IMG/VR virus record: IMGVR_UViG_3300029288_007102
Location: 64,001-128,000 of that record
DNA: 64,000 bases
Direction: 5' to 3' (one strand)
Origin: a virus
Lineage: Duplodnaviria; Caudoviricetes
Below the pieces are notes generated by a model that was not told the origin of the DNA, did not search any database, and saw only the letters and a program-made list of their open reading frames with translations. Shown here piece by piece: positions 30,431 to 39,322 of this stretch. Within the stretch, counting starts at the first letter, position 1, and each line of letters starts with the position of its first letter. The position numbers were made by a program, and so were the translations under genes.

Positions 30431-31315
30431 ATGAATGAAGGAACTGAATTGAAAGAGACGAATGTGTTGGTCTTAGGATGTACCGGAATGCTTGGACATA
30501 GGGTGTTTATGGAGTTTGCTAATCAAGGGTTTAATGTTTCAGGGACAATGCGGAGTGGATTAAAAGAGTATGATAAATATGACTTTTTTAACCCCCAAAG
30601 TGTTGTAGAGTTTCTTGACCCTGTAAATCATTTTTCAGGGATACTTGAAGCAGTGGAACAATTTGATCCTTCAGTGATCATTAATTGTATTGGTAAAACC
30701 AAACCTCACACTAAGGATCCGGTGGCCACCATTGAGACTAATTCTGTGTTGCCGCACAAGCTTGCCCGTTTTTGCGATGAGTTTGGGATAAAGTTGATCC
30801 ATATCACTACCGATTGTGTTTGGACGGGTAAAAAGGGCGATTATGGCCTTTCAGACCCCCACGATGCCACAGATCTCTACGGGAAAAGTAAGAGTTTGGG
30901 GGAAGTGGCCTACGGAAACCATCTTACTGTCCGCACTTCTATTATAGGGAGAGAGCTGAATAGCCGGGATAATTTATTAGAATGGATCCTCTCTCAGCCT
31001 GGTGATAGCGTATTGTCGGGGTTTACGGAGCATCTTTGGAATGGGGTTACGACTATGGAGTTAGCCAATATCTTGGTTAGAATAGTAGATGATGAGCCAG
31101 AACTAAAAGGGATAATCCAGATAGCAGGAGAGAAGATCAACAAGTATGATTTGTTGAACCTGGTTAAAGATGTTTATCATCTTAACTTTAAGGTAGAGCC
31201 TAAACAGACTGAAAAATGCGACCGGACAATGATCAATACGAGTGGGCACACTCCTCCGTCAATACGACAAATGTTAGAAGAATTTTACGGCCAAGAAGAA
31301 TTATATAAGAAGTAA
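30431..31315 (+). CDS. RmlD-like NDP-4-keto-6-deoxysugar reductase (QnlA/WbvR-like)
   Basis: 'VLGCTGMLG', 'INCIG', 'HITTDCV', 'DLYGKSK', 'RTSIIG'. Confidence 0.85.
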   Translation: MNEGTELKETNVLVLGCTGMLGHRVFMEFANQGFNVSGTMRSGLKEYDKYDFFNPQSVVEFLDPVNHFSGILEAVEQFDPSVIINCIGKTKPHTKDPVATIETNSVLPHKLARFCDEFGIKLIHITTDCVWTGKKGDYGLSDPHDATDLYGKSKSLGEVAYGNHLTVRTSIIGRELNSRDNLLEWILSQPGDSVLSGFTEHLWNGVTTMELANILVRIVDDEPELKGIIQIAGEKINKYDLLNLVKDVYHLNFKVEPKQTEKCDRTMINTSGHTPPSIRQMLEEFYGQEELYKK

Positions 31316-31326
31316 GAAGTGGGCAT

Positions 31327-32049
31327 ATGAAGATTTGTGCGATGCTTCAAATAAGGGATTGTGGAAAAAAGATTCTGTTTCTGCTAATGGCGATATCTCG
31401 GTTTGTGGATGATATTGTCGTGTTAGATCATGCCTCTAAAGATGACACTCATAGGATAGTAAAATTATGCCCAAAGGTAAGAGAGGTTTTGCGGGAGAAT
31501 GAACCTAACTGGGCTTTAGTGGAAATGAAGAATAAACAACGGCTGTTAGAACACTCCTTATTATATAAGCCGGATTGGTTGTTTTGGATCGACTCAGACG
31601 AATTGCCTTCTTCCCCTCTAATTGAAGGGGTCCGGAGTCTTCCTGAGAAACATCCTTCTGTAAGCTTATTTGGTTTTCCAGAAGTCAATCTATGGAATGA
31701 TGAATATCATTATAGGACAGATGAAGGATGGTATCCGGCTTGGACTTATAGATTAATTAAAGTTAATGGGGGGTTGAAGTTCTCACAAAAGAGGGGGGTA
31801 GGGCCACGCAACCCTATGATCCCAGAAGGAAAGACGCATCGTGAACCCTTGCTTGTAAATAATATGCCTATTCTTCATTATGGGTATATGACTGAACAGC
31901 AACGCCAAGATAAATTTAAACTTTATATGAGTTTGGATGACAACAAGGATGAGATGGACAAATATTTTACTTACAATAGGATTGTTGAAGATAAGATCGT
32001 AGTCTTAAAGGAGGTAGAACCCAAATGGCTATTGACCCCACAAACTTGA
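31327..32049 (+). CDS. Glycosyltransferase family 2-like
   Basis: 'IVVLDHASKD', 'DWLFWIDSDE', 'ILHYGY'; similar to second domain of 17303..18841. Confidence 0.8.
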   Translation: MKICAMLQIRDCGKKILFLLMAISRFVDDIVVLDHASKDDTHRIVKLCPKVREVLRENEPNWALVEMKNKQRLLEHSLLYKPDWLFWIDSDELPSSPLIEGVRSLPEKHPSVSLFGFPEVNLWNDEYHYRTDEGWYPAWTYRLIKVNGGLKFSQKRGVGPRNPMIPEGKTHREPLLVNNMPILHYGYMTEQQRQDKFKLYMSLDDNKDEMDKYFTYNRIVEDKIVVLKEVEPKWLLTPQT

Positions 32050-32492
32050 AGTTAAAATTGTCCCAGAATTTTAGTCTAGGTGAATTTGCGGTTTCTGCGG
32101 CCTATCCTGATTTAGCCAGTAAAATTGTTTTTACGGAAGGGGATGTAGTTAAATTATTGTATCTCTGCAAGACGATATTGCAACCTCTCAGAAACTTTTT
32201 GGGGGAGGCTATTGTTGTTCTTAGCGGGAAGAGATCTTTGGAGTTAAATACTGCGGTTAAAGGTGCCCCAACGTCTGACCATTTATTTATGGGGTTTTCT
32301 TGTGCTTGTGATTTTCTCCCGGTCAAAGGGAGTGATTTGTCAAAAGTTCAACCCTGGTTAACTCAATATCCTAATAGTTTTGGTCAACTGATTACTTATA
32401 AAGATAATGGGGGGAATTTGCATTGGTGTCATGTTTCTTTGCCTACTGATAGGCATATTGGGGAGTTTATGACGACAGTTATAGGAGAATAA
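32025..32492 (+). CDS. Endolysin, peptidase M15A family
   Basis: 'LSQNFSLGEF', 'LQPLR', 'SGKRS..LN.AVKGAPTSDH', 'ACDF', 'WCHVS'. Confidence 0.85.
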   Translation: MAIDPTNLKLKLSQNFSLGEFAVSAAYPDLASKIVFTEGDVVKLLYLCKTILQPLRNFLGEAIVVLSGKRSLELNTAVKGAPTSDHLFMGFSCACDFLPVKGSDLSKVQPWLTQYPNSFGQLITYKDNGGNLHWCHVSLPTDRHIGEFMTTVIGE

Positions 32493-32510
32493 AAAGGGGG
32501 TGAGCAATAT

Positions 32511-32879
32511 ATGAACTGGGATTCAATATGGAATGGTGTGGTAAGTTTTGTAGCCAATAACCTAATACAGATTGCTTTAGTGGTTATAATTGGTTATGCT
32601 TGCAAGAAGGGAAGTAAACTTGGGGATTATATCATAAGCAATCAGACTGCTCAGAAGGTTATTTTGATAGCTGATGATATTACTGATGAGATCTTAGCAA
32701 GTTGCCCAACAAACAATCTGGCTCAATTTTTGGACAAAGCAGTAGATAAAATAATTTCTGTTACCGGGATTAGTCAAGAAACTGCAACTAGAATAATGAC
32801 TGCTGCTTTTATCCGGGCGAATATTAACGGAAAAATTAAGTCGGCAGAGCTTGTTGCCAAAAACAATGTGGTAAAATAG
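32511..32879 (+). CDS. Probable holin
   Basis: N-terminal transmembrane helix; directly after endolysin. Confidence 0.5.
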   Translation: MNWDSIWNGVVSFVANNLIQIALVVIIGYACKKGSKLGDYIISNQTAQKVILIADDITDEILASCPTNNLAQFLDKAVDKIISVTGISQETATRIMTAAFIRANINGKIKSAELVAKNNVVK

Positions 32880-32889
32880 ATTTTATAAA

Positions 32890-32916
32890 CGGTAGGCAGA
32901 TGATCTCTGCCTACCG
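32890..32916 (+). terminator. GC-rich hairpin ending lysis genes
   Basis: CGGTAGGCAGA-TGATC-TCTGCCTACCG perfect 11-bp stem; no U-tract. Confidence 0.5.
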
Positions 32917-32931
32917 GATTCGAATGGGGGA

Positions 32932-33204
32932 ATGAACATGTCAAAAGAAAGAGGCACCTATAATCGGAGGAATTGGGTCCAGCGATGGAAAGGTCGGATC
33001 CTTAATGCTGTTGAAAATGAGCAAGAGAAACTGGCCAGACGTTATAATGTGGGGGGTGGTTGGAGGAAACCATTAATCCGGCAAGAAGCAGTAAACCCCG
33101 CCCAATTGATCCAAGCTACTCCCGGCCAATTTAAAGAATCGAAAAAGAAGGGGCTTAAGACTTTATTTGGTTTTTTAAAAAGTAAAGGTAAAAGGAGACG
33201 CTAA
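32932..33204 (+). CDS. Hypothetical basic protein
   Basis: ORF with SD GGGGG; stop overlaps next start. Confidence 0.5.
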   Translation: MNMSKERGTYNRRNWVQRWKGRILNAVENEQEKLARRYNVGGGWRKPLIRQEAVNPAQLIQATPGQFKESKKKGLKTLFGFLKSKGKRRR

Positions 33205-33410
33205 TGTCCCAAAAAATAACTTATATACATAATAGTAAGGGGATTAAGATCGGATCCGTTGTCTTTAATGATAGTAATCGTTTTTATTATGTTTATGACG
33301 CAAAGGGGGTTAAAATTGGTTATGCTCAAGAGGGGTATGGCACTTGGGATGCGAAAGGGATAAGAGTCTCTATGGAAGCTGTCCCCGGGATGTTATTTAA
33401 GACTGGGTGA
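33204..33410 (+). CDS. Small beta-rich protein, paralog of 33780..33965
   Basis: 'VYDAKGVKIGYAQEGYGTWDAKGIRVS' aligns with 'VIGSSGETLGYATEGSGTYDADGRMVS'. Confidence 0.65.
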   Translation: MSQKITYIHNSKGIKIGSVVFNDSNRFYYVYDAKGVKIGYAQEGYGTWDAKGIRVSMEAVPGMLFKTG

Positions 33411-33418
33411 TTTTATCC

Positions 33419-33447
33419 TTGACAGAGCTCATTTGATTTGTTATATA
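33419..33447 (+). promoter_or_regulatory. Sigma70-type promoter candidate
   Basis: TTGACA-N17-TATATA with TGn extension (TATAAT also at 33446). Confidence 0.55.
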
Positions 33448-33450
33448 TAA

Positions 33451-33600
33451 TATGACTAATTCGCAAGAATTGGTTCCTTCCTTATATCACACCCTTTTGA
33501 GTGGCGATAGGATGGTCATAGTGAGGGAAGTTTTAGGGATCTCATCCCCGAGACTTCCCTCCTCTCTTTATAACCCAGGTTTTTACCTGGGTTTTTTGTT
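33451..33600 (+). ncRNA. Putative small RNA with own promoter and terminator
   Basis: No ORF; successive hairpins (33454-33475 with GCAA loop; 33523-33561) between promoter and terminator. Confidence 0.5.
33572..33600 (+). terminator. Rho-independent terminator
   Basis: AACCCAGGT-TTTT-ACCTGGGTT followed by TTTTGTTTTTT. Confidence 0.8.
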
Positions 33601-33716
33601 TTTTAGATAAATAGAAAAGAAAAACATTATTATTTAATCCGTTTATAGTCCGTCAATTTGTAGTATTTTTCTTATAGAATATAGGGGGTTTTGTTTATTT
33701 TATTTAAAAATAGTTC

Positions 33717-33745
33717 TTGACAAAGTTGACAATATGTGCTATTGT
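33717..33745 (+). promoter_or_regulatory. Sigma70-type early promoter
   Basis: TTGACA-N17-TATTGT with TGn; AT-rich upstream element. Confidence 0.7.
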
Positions 33746-33779
33746 TATATTAGAAGAGAAAAGAGAGGGGTGATTAAAA

Positions 33780-33965
33780 ATGTTATACAAAACTATTTAC
33801 GGCGGCAAAGGGGAAGTCCAGGCGTGGATCTATAAAGAAGGTAGAGAGTTTACAGTGATAGGTAGTTCAGGGGAAACTCTAGGTTATGCCACAGAAGGTT
33901 CTGGCACATATGATGCAGACGGAAGAATGGTTTCTACGGACTGTGCTCCATCTATATTGGTTTAA
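33780..33965 (+). CDS. Small beta-rich protein, paralog of 33204..33410
   Basis: Strong SD GAGGGGTG; similarity to 33204..33410. Confidence 0.65.
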   Translation: MLYKTIYGGKGEVQAWIYKEGREFTVIGSSGETLGYATEGSGTYDADGRMVSTDCAPSILV

Positions 33966-33997
33966 ATAACTCTTAAAAAAAGGAAGGGGTGGGATAG

Positions 33998-34174
33998 ATG
34001 CTTATAAATAAGAAAAAAGTTAAGATGTATATAAAAGAGCACGGCAAGCACGTAACTCAAATAGATAAGAACTTTTATGATGCTCTTAACCGCAAGTTGA
34101 TCTTGGCTTTAGAAAAGGCCTTACAGGTCAATGCAAGCCGGAAAAGGTTAACCGGGGAAGCCTTACTATTCTAA
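33998..34174 (+). CDS. Putative histone-fold protein (58 aa; not in ORF track)
   Basis: MLINKKKVKMYIKEHGKHVTQIDKNFYDALNRKLILALEKALQVNASRKRLTGEALLF; helix-loop-long helix-RKR(L)T-short helix layout as in bacterial/phage histones; SD AGGAAGGGG. Confidence 0.6.
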   Translation: MLINKKKVKMYIKEHGKHVTQIDKNFYDALNRKLILALEKALQVNASRKRLTGEALLF

Positions 34175-34187
34175 AAAGAGGTGTGTT

Positions 34188-34961
34188 ATGAGAAAAATGC
34201 AGGAGAAAGTTTTGACCGATTACAGCGATCTGTTCTTCAAAGTAGAAAGAGAAAAGCTCTATACTACAAGTCATATCTATACCGGACAGGATGCTTTGAT
34301 CAACGGAAGCACCGGGAACGTGCTAGGTGTAGTCAGTAGCAAGTATCAGGTAATAGAACATAAAGAAGTCCTGGACAGTTTCTCTAAACTTATGGAGAAA
34401 AGGGATGATATAAAAATCCAGTCTGTCCGGAGCGTTAAGGATGGAGCAAAGTTCTATATGACTGCCGAAATAGACAATAAGATTTCGGTAGGCATTCTGA
34501 AAGATGGTAAACCGGATATTATTAAGCCTATGTTGGTCCTGAGCAACAGTTATGATGAGAGCACTAAGGTTGGCTTTGTAGCCGGGATCTGGCGGTTGGT
34601 GTGCAGTAATGGTGCCTATGTAGGAATTAAGGCTATAAACCTGGTTAGAAAACATCTAGGTGCTGTAGATTTTGATTTTAGCCAGGGATTGGCCGAAGGA
34701 ATTGACTTGGTGGAACGCCGGATGATGCCGAGTATTAAGAGGATGACTCAGACTGCTATAGGGAGTCCTCAGTTTGAACTGATCAAGAAAAACCTGCCGG
34801 AACGTTTGATCAAAAATATTGGTGGAGAGAAAGCCCTTATCGGTAGGACCGAGTGGGATGGTTACAATATGTTCACCAGGCACTTGACCCACGAATATAA
34901 AGGTAGTTTTGAGCGTCAGATGGATTTGAATGGGGCGTTGGTAAGATCCTTTAATATGTAA
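34188..34961 (+). CDS. DUF932/DUF945-like phage protein
   Basis: 'LGVVSSKYQVIEH.E', 'L.NSYD', 'RLVCSNG', 'W..YN..T'. Confidence 0.75.
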   Translation: MRKMQEKVLTDYSDLFFKVEREKLYTTSHIYTGQDALINGSTGNVLGVVSSKYQVIEHKEVLDSFSKLMEKRDDIKIQSVRSVKDGAKFYMTAEIDNKISVGILKDGKPDIIKPMLVLSNSYDESTKVGFVAGIWRLVCSNGAYVGIKAINLVRKHLGAVDFDFSQGLAEGIDLVERRMMPSIKRMTQTAIGSPQFELIKKNLPERLIKNIGGEKALIGRTEWDGYNMFTRHLTHEYKGSFERQMDLNGALVRSFNM

Positions 34962-34968
34962 GAATGGG

Positions 34969-34998
34969 TTGGAGGAGAAGGTCGCCCTTCTCCTCCAA
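34969..34998 (+). terminator. Strong intergenic hairpin
   Basis: TTGGAGGAGAAGG-TCGC-CCTTCTCCTCCAA, 13-bp perfect stem. Confidence 0.55.
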
Positions 34999-35040
34999 TA
35001 CCTTAATGTCCAGGTGGAAACCCAAAGGAGAAAAAAAAAG

Positions 35041-35361
35041 ATGAACGAACAAATTGAAAAGATGATTGCAGATTGGGACAAAAATTTTAAGGTTCTTGTG
35101 GAGAGCGACAGGGTGGCTAAGGAGCAGGGGATCCTGGTAGGTCGGTATGTAAGTGAGCCTTTTGCTGATGGCAAGGCGTATTATAAGATAGTGTCAGAGA
35201 GTAAGACTAAAGTTAAAATAGAAGTGGTTACTGGGATCGGTGATGACTGGATCCTGCCGTATTGGGGAAGTAAGACCTCAATAAGTAAGGCCTACGCTAA
35301 AAGACAGATTGAAGGGAGAGAAGCCTTAGAGAAATTATTCAGCAGGAAATCGTCAGTCTAA
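35041..35361 (+). CDS. Hypothetical phage protein
   Basis: ATG after AAAGGAG; the upstream TTG start in the ORF track lies in a hairpin. Confidence 0.6.
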   Translation: MNEQIEKMIADWDKNFKVLVESDRVAKEQGILVGRYVSEPFADGKAYYKIVSESKTKVKIEVVTGIGDDWILPYWGSKTSISKAYAKRQIEGREALEKLFSRKSSV

Positions 35362-35371
35362 GGGGTGCTTT

Positions 35372-35950
35372 ATGAAGATTAAAAATCAAACACAATGGCA
35401 GACTAAACAACTCCGTAAAATCTTTATGGCCTGTCTTAATAAGGTAAGGAAGGATGAGAAGGGGAGTTTTAATCCGCAAGAATTTAAACGCATGTCAGAT
35501 CTCCAGATCCTAATTAAGTGGCATAAGACAACTTGGGTAGGTGGGTTTGCCTACTATCATAGTAAGACAATGTGCGTTAAAATGCCCCGGAGAGAGTCTA
35601 TTGTAGGTGGATATCCTGTCTGGAAACGGACGGCGAGCACATTTATCCATGAACTTGGGCATTGCTTAGGGATGCAACATACTGGAAGGTTTTATACCTT
35701 TGAGCAGTATTATGACGAATGGATCAATCAGACTTTTACTCCAGAAGCGTATCCTTTAGAATATTATCCGGAGAAACAAAAATTGGAGATCAAAACCAAT
35801 CTTAGGGAGTCCCGGTATCAGAAGGCATTGAAGTTCCAAGAGCGGGCGATAAGGAAACTTGAGAATGCCCGGAAGGGTCTAAAGAAGTGGACGAATAAGG
35901 TTAAGTATTATGAAAAGGTCTTAGCGGTAGCGAAGGGGAAGGAGCAATAG
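35372..35950 (+). CDS. HExxH zinc-metallopeptidase-like protein
   Basis: 'FIHELGHCLGMQH' (HExxHxxGxxH). Confidence 0.6.
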   Translation: MKIKNQTQWQTKQLRKIFMACLNKVRKDEKGSFNPQEFKRMSDLQILIKWHKTTWVGGFAYYHSKTMCVKMPRRESIVGGYPVWKRTASTFIHELGHCLGMQHTGRFYTFEQYYDEWINQTFTPEAYPLEYYPEKQKLEIKTNLRESRYQKALKFQERAIRKLENARKGLKKWTNKVKYYEKVLAVAKGKEQ

Positions 35951-36691
35951 ATGTCTTGCAGAATTCACTCTAAATATTGCAAAATTAAGGGGTGTAAAGG
36001 GAAATATTTTTCTCTTGGTTATTGCGTGCGTCATTATAGTCAATTTTTAAGGGCTGGCACTCTTCCTGGCCGTAAAAAATGTAAAGTTTGGGGATGCAAA
36101 AGAGGGTGTTATGCAAAAGGATTATGTAGAATTCACTATAGTAGATTTCAGAAGACAGGAACTACTTTTTTGCAGGAATGGGGAGAGGTTTGTAAGGTTT
36201 TTAATTGCAAAACTCCGGCTAGAATATTGGGGTTTTGTGTTAAACATTACGATAGATGGAAAAAATATGGCAATTGTTATAAGAGAAAAGGCGGGGCCCC
36301 TAAAGGAAAAAAGAATTGGAATTGGAGTGGGGGTGTTTCTGAGTATCCACATCATGCAACATTAAAAAAGAATAGGTTAATAAAATTAAAACAAGTTGGA
36401 TGGAAATGCGAGCTTTGTGGTAAATTTGCGTATCAAACTTTTCATAAAAATAAAAATAAGACAGATCATCGAAGGGAAAATCTTTTAGCTGTTTGTACTA
36501 AATGTCTTGGCAAATGTAAAGTTGGATTAAAATATAAATCAGTTTTTTTTAGGATGTACGGATTGACTCTTAAAGAAATGGTGGAAGCGTTTGGTAGAAC
36601 AAACATTTATTATACTTCCTTACATAAGGAAGGAAGACTTAAGAAGTTTTTATTGAAGATAAAAGATGGAGAAATAGAAGAAGGAAAATAA
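35951..36691 (+). CDS. HNH endonuclease-like protein with N-terminal CxxxxC..CxxHY zinc-finger repeats
   Basis: Three 'CK..GC....GxCxxHY' repeats; 'NWNWSGG'; 'CELCG..H....DHRRENLLAVCTKC'. Confidence 0.75.
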   Translation: MSCRIHSKYCKIKGCKGKYFSLGYCVRHYSQFLRAGTLPGRKKCKVWGCKRGCYAKGLCRIHYSRFQKTGTTFLQEWGEVCKVFNCKTPARILGFCVKHYDRWKKYGNCYKRKGGAPKGKKNWNWSGGVSEYPHHATLKKNRLIKLKQVGWKCELCGKFAYQTFHKNKNKTDHRRENLLAVCTKCLGKCKVGLKYKSVFFRMYGLTLKEMVEAFGRTNIYYTSLHKEGRLKKFLLKIKDGEIEEGK

Positions 36692-36707
36692 GTTTTTAAG
36701 AATATCC

Positions 36708-36736
36708 TTGACAAGAGAACGGTTGTGTAGTATATT
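36708..36736 (+). promoter_or_regulatory. Sigma70-type promoter
   Basis: TTGACA-N17-TATATT. Confidence 0.75.
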
Positions 36737-36791
36737 GAGAGCAAAGGTAAAAATAGAGAGAGAGAGTGTTAGGGATATATAGGGGGGCAAG

Positions 36792-37463
36792 ATGTTAGAA
36801 AAAGAAATTAAAGAACAACACGAATCTTTTGGTTTAATTAGAATTGGCCGGGGAATGATCTCCGGCGGGGGTGGAACAAACTTATTTGGCAGCAGCATTG
36901 AGCATAGGAGTATTATTACCTTAGAAATCTCAACCGCAGAGATACAAAGAACTTTATCCCAAGATTGGGTTCATAGCAACAAGCAGTTGATAGAGGTAGA
37001 TATGTCTCCTACTCAATTTGCTGATATGGTTACTAGTTTAAATATGGGGGATGGAGTGCCTGTAACGATCCGGAAATTTAATGGCAAGACTATGGAAGAC
37101 TGCCCACATATAAGTAAGAGGAAACAGTTTTCCCAAGAGACAGAAGCACAGATGCAGGATATTGCCAAGATCGTAGATGGGGCTTTAGTCAAAGCTAAGG
37201 TGGTAGTGGAAAAGAAAACCCCGGCGACTAAAGGTGAATTGAAAGAGTTGTTAGATAGCTTGGTAAAATTAAAACAAGAGATAGATAGTAATTTGCCTTT
37301 CATTCATAATCAATTTAATCGCCAGATGGATAAGACCGTTGTAGAGGCAAAAGGGGAAGTTGAGGCGTTTGTTAATAATATAGTAGTGAAGCTGGGGATG
37401 GAAAAACTCCGGGAACAGGTTCCTTTGATAGAAGGACCTGAGAAGAATGAGAAGGCGGAGTAG
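36792..37463 (+). CDS. Hypothetical phage protein
   Basis: 223 aa ORF with SD directly after promoter. Confidence 0.65.
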   Translation: MLEKEIKEQHESFGLIRIGRGMISGGGGTNLFGSSIEHRSIITLEISTAEIQRTLSQDWVHSNKQLIEVDMSPTQFADMVTSLNMGDGVPVTIRKFNGKTMEDCPHISKRKQFSQETEAQMQDIAKIVDGALVKAKVVVEKKTPATKGELKELLDSLVKLKQEIDSNLPFIHNQFNRQMDKTVVEAKGEVEAFVNNIVVKLGMEKLREQVPLIEGPEKNEKAE

Positions 37464-37627
37464 GAGAAGATTATGATAAAGAAGAAAGAGTTTTATCTTT
37501 ATGGTGCAAAAGGCGACTATCAAGGGATGATCAGAACCTATACCCGGGAAGAAGCATTAGAGCAGGCGTTAGAGAAATTGGGTATCGATCTTACGCTAGA
37601 ACCTCGGGTATAAAAAGGAGAGGAACT

Positions 37628-38104
37628 ATGGCAAGTGTCCATTTTGTGAAAAAAGCTAGAAAAGCAAACAAGGAAGCTGGAATAAAGAAGGGTGAAAGTT
37701 ATTATTGGTGGTCCTTTAAATTCGGCGGGAAACGTTACAGTAAAACTTTACCAAGAGCTTCCCAATTAACACAGTCTGACTTCTTAAGTCAGGCATATAG
37801 TCTGAGTGAACAACTTGAGGATATAACTGTTGATATGGATATTGACGAGATAAGGTCTCAAGTGGAAGATGTTGTTGAACAGATCCGTAGTTTAGGAGAA
37901 GAGCAGGCGGAGAAGTATGATAATATGCCTGAGGGGTTACAGTCTGGTAGTACAGGAGAGTTGCTCCAGGGACGTGTGGATGAGTGTGAAGATTGGGCTT
38001 CTAATCTAGAGAGTGTTGATTTTGGGGACATTACTAATAAAGATACGGAAGTAAAATTGGACTTGATAGAAGAATTAAACAGTTGCGGATATAAAGGGGA
38101 ATAA
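37628..38104 (+). CDS. Hypothetical phage protein
   Basis: SD AGGAGAGG; 'IKKGESYYWW', acidic coiled coil. Confidence 0.65.
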   Translation: MASVHFVKKARKANKEAGIKKGESYYWWSFKFGGKRYSKTLPRASQLTQSDFLSQAYSLSEQLEDITVDMDIDEIRSQVEDVVEQIRSLGEEQAEKYDNMPEGLQSGSTGELLQGRVDECEDWASNLESVDFGDITNKDTEVKLDLIEELNSCGYKGE

Positions 38105-38647
38105 AATGAAAACGATTTGTATGGTGAAAAGTGATGGGGTCATTGTAGACTTAGTTGTTGCCAAAGATGCCCGGCGGAGATTGCTTCTCCGGTTCTCCCG
38201 GTATCAGAAAGAGATAGAGCGGGAGCATAAATTAACTATGGGTGAAGACTCTATCATCAACAGTCTGAAAGAGATCGTTAAGGAGGAGTTATAATGCCTA
38301 AAACTTATTTTGCAATCCCAATAGCTCTTTTTGCTATCAGTTTTGGAATAAGACTTATGAAACCCGAAGAAAAGTCAGAAACAAGCCAACTCCGGAATTA
38401 TTATATTTTTCTTGATGTTGCATCAATACTTATTGCTTTTATGGCAGGATTTCTTTTATCTGCCATTAATTGGTAGGTGCCTAAATGGATATGACTAAAG
38501 AACAAATAGAGAACTTTCGCAAGGTTTTATATGGAATAGTTGGTGCCTATGCTGGACTTATGAGTGATGAAGAGGTACAGGCATTTAGGGATAAAATGCA
38601 GAAGGACATTGATAGTATGCCTCAAAAGGAGAAGGGGGAGAAAACAA

Positions 38648-39322
38648 ATGAATGAAAAAAAGATGAGAAAGTTAAAGGCAATTTTAATTATTGTTAGTTG
38701 TGTCCTAGCGGTAGTTGCTTGGGCAAAAGTAAGATCTGATTGGGGTTCTCTTAGCATCCAACATTTAAAAACAGAAGTTTTGGTTTATACAGATGGTTTG
38801 CAGACTAAGGGGATTTTTGATAGCCCAATAAAAATGAATAGATATATTCAAGATAAAGTGATTACCGATTCCTCTTTCTTCTTTTTCAGCATTCTTCTTC
38901 CTATTGTATCTGTTTTGATTATTATTAAACAAATTAATAATTTAAGAAGGATTGCGGAAATTAATGACAAGGCGGTAATGATAGTTAATCCGTTTGAAAT
39001 GGTAGGCCAATTAGATGAGAAAAAGTATGGATTTTGGGGAAGAATGAATAGCAGGTTCACTCCAAATGTTTTAGATAAAAAAGATAGAAGACGGTGGTTT
39101 TTGGGATGGATAACTGCCTCTTTAACCGTAGTGATAGTTATTCTTGCAGTTTTATTGCCAATTTCTCCTGCTGTTGCCGTTTTGCTTTCATATGTTTGTA
39201 TAGGAATGTTTGTTATAACCTTATGGTTAAATCCTTGGGCTGCGTTTGCCCTTGCGACTTTATTCCTCATATTTACTAGCAGAGCTCACGATAAGGCACG
39301 AGAAAGGGAAAGCAATGGTTAA
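38648..39322 (+). CDS. Multi-pass membrane protein
   Basis: Several hydrophobic segments; SD GGGGAG before ATG 38648. Confidence 0.6.
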   Translation: MNEKKMRKLKAILIIVSCVLAVVAWAKVRSDWGSLSIQHLKTEVLVYTDGLQTKGIFDSPIKMNRYIQDKVITDSSFFFFSILLPIVSVLIIIKQINNLRRIAEINDKAVMIVNPFEMVGQLDEKKYGFWGRMNSRFTPNVLDKKDRRRWFLGWITASLTVVIVILAVLLPISPAVAVLLSYVCIGMFVITLWLNPWAAFALATLFLIFTSRAHDKARERESNG

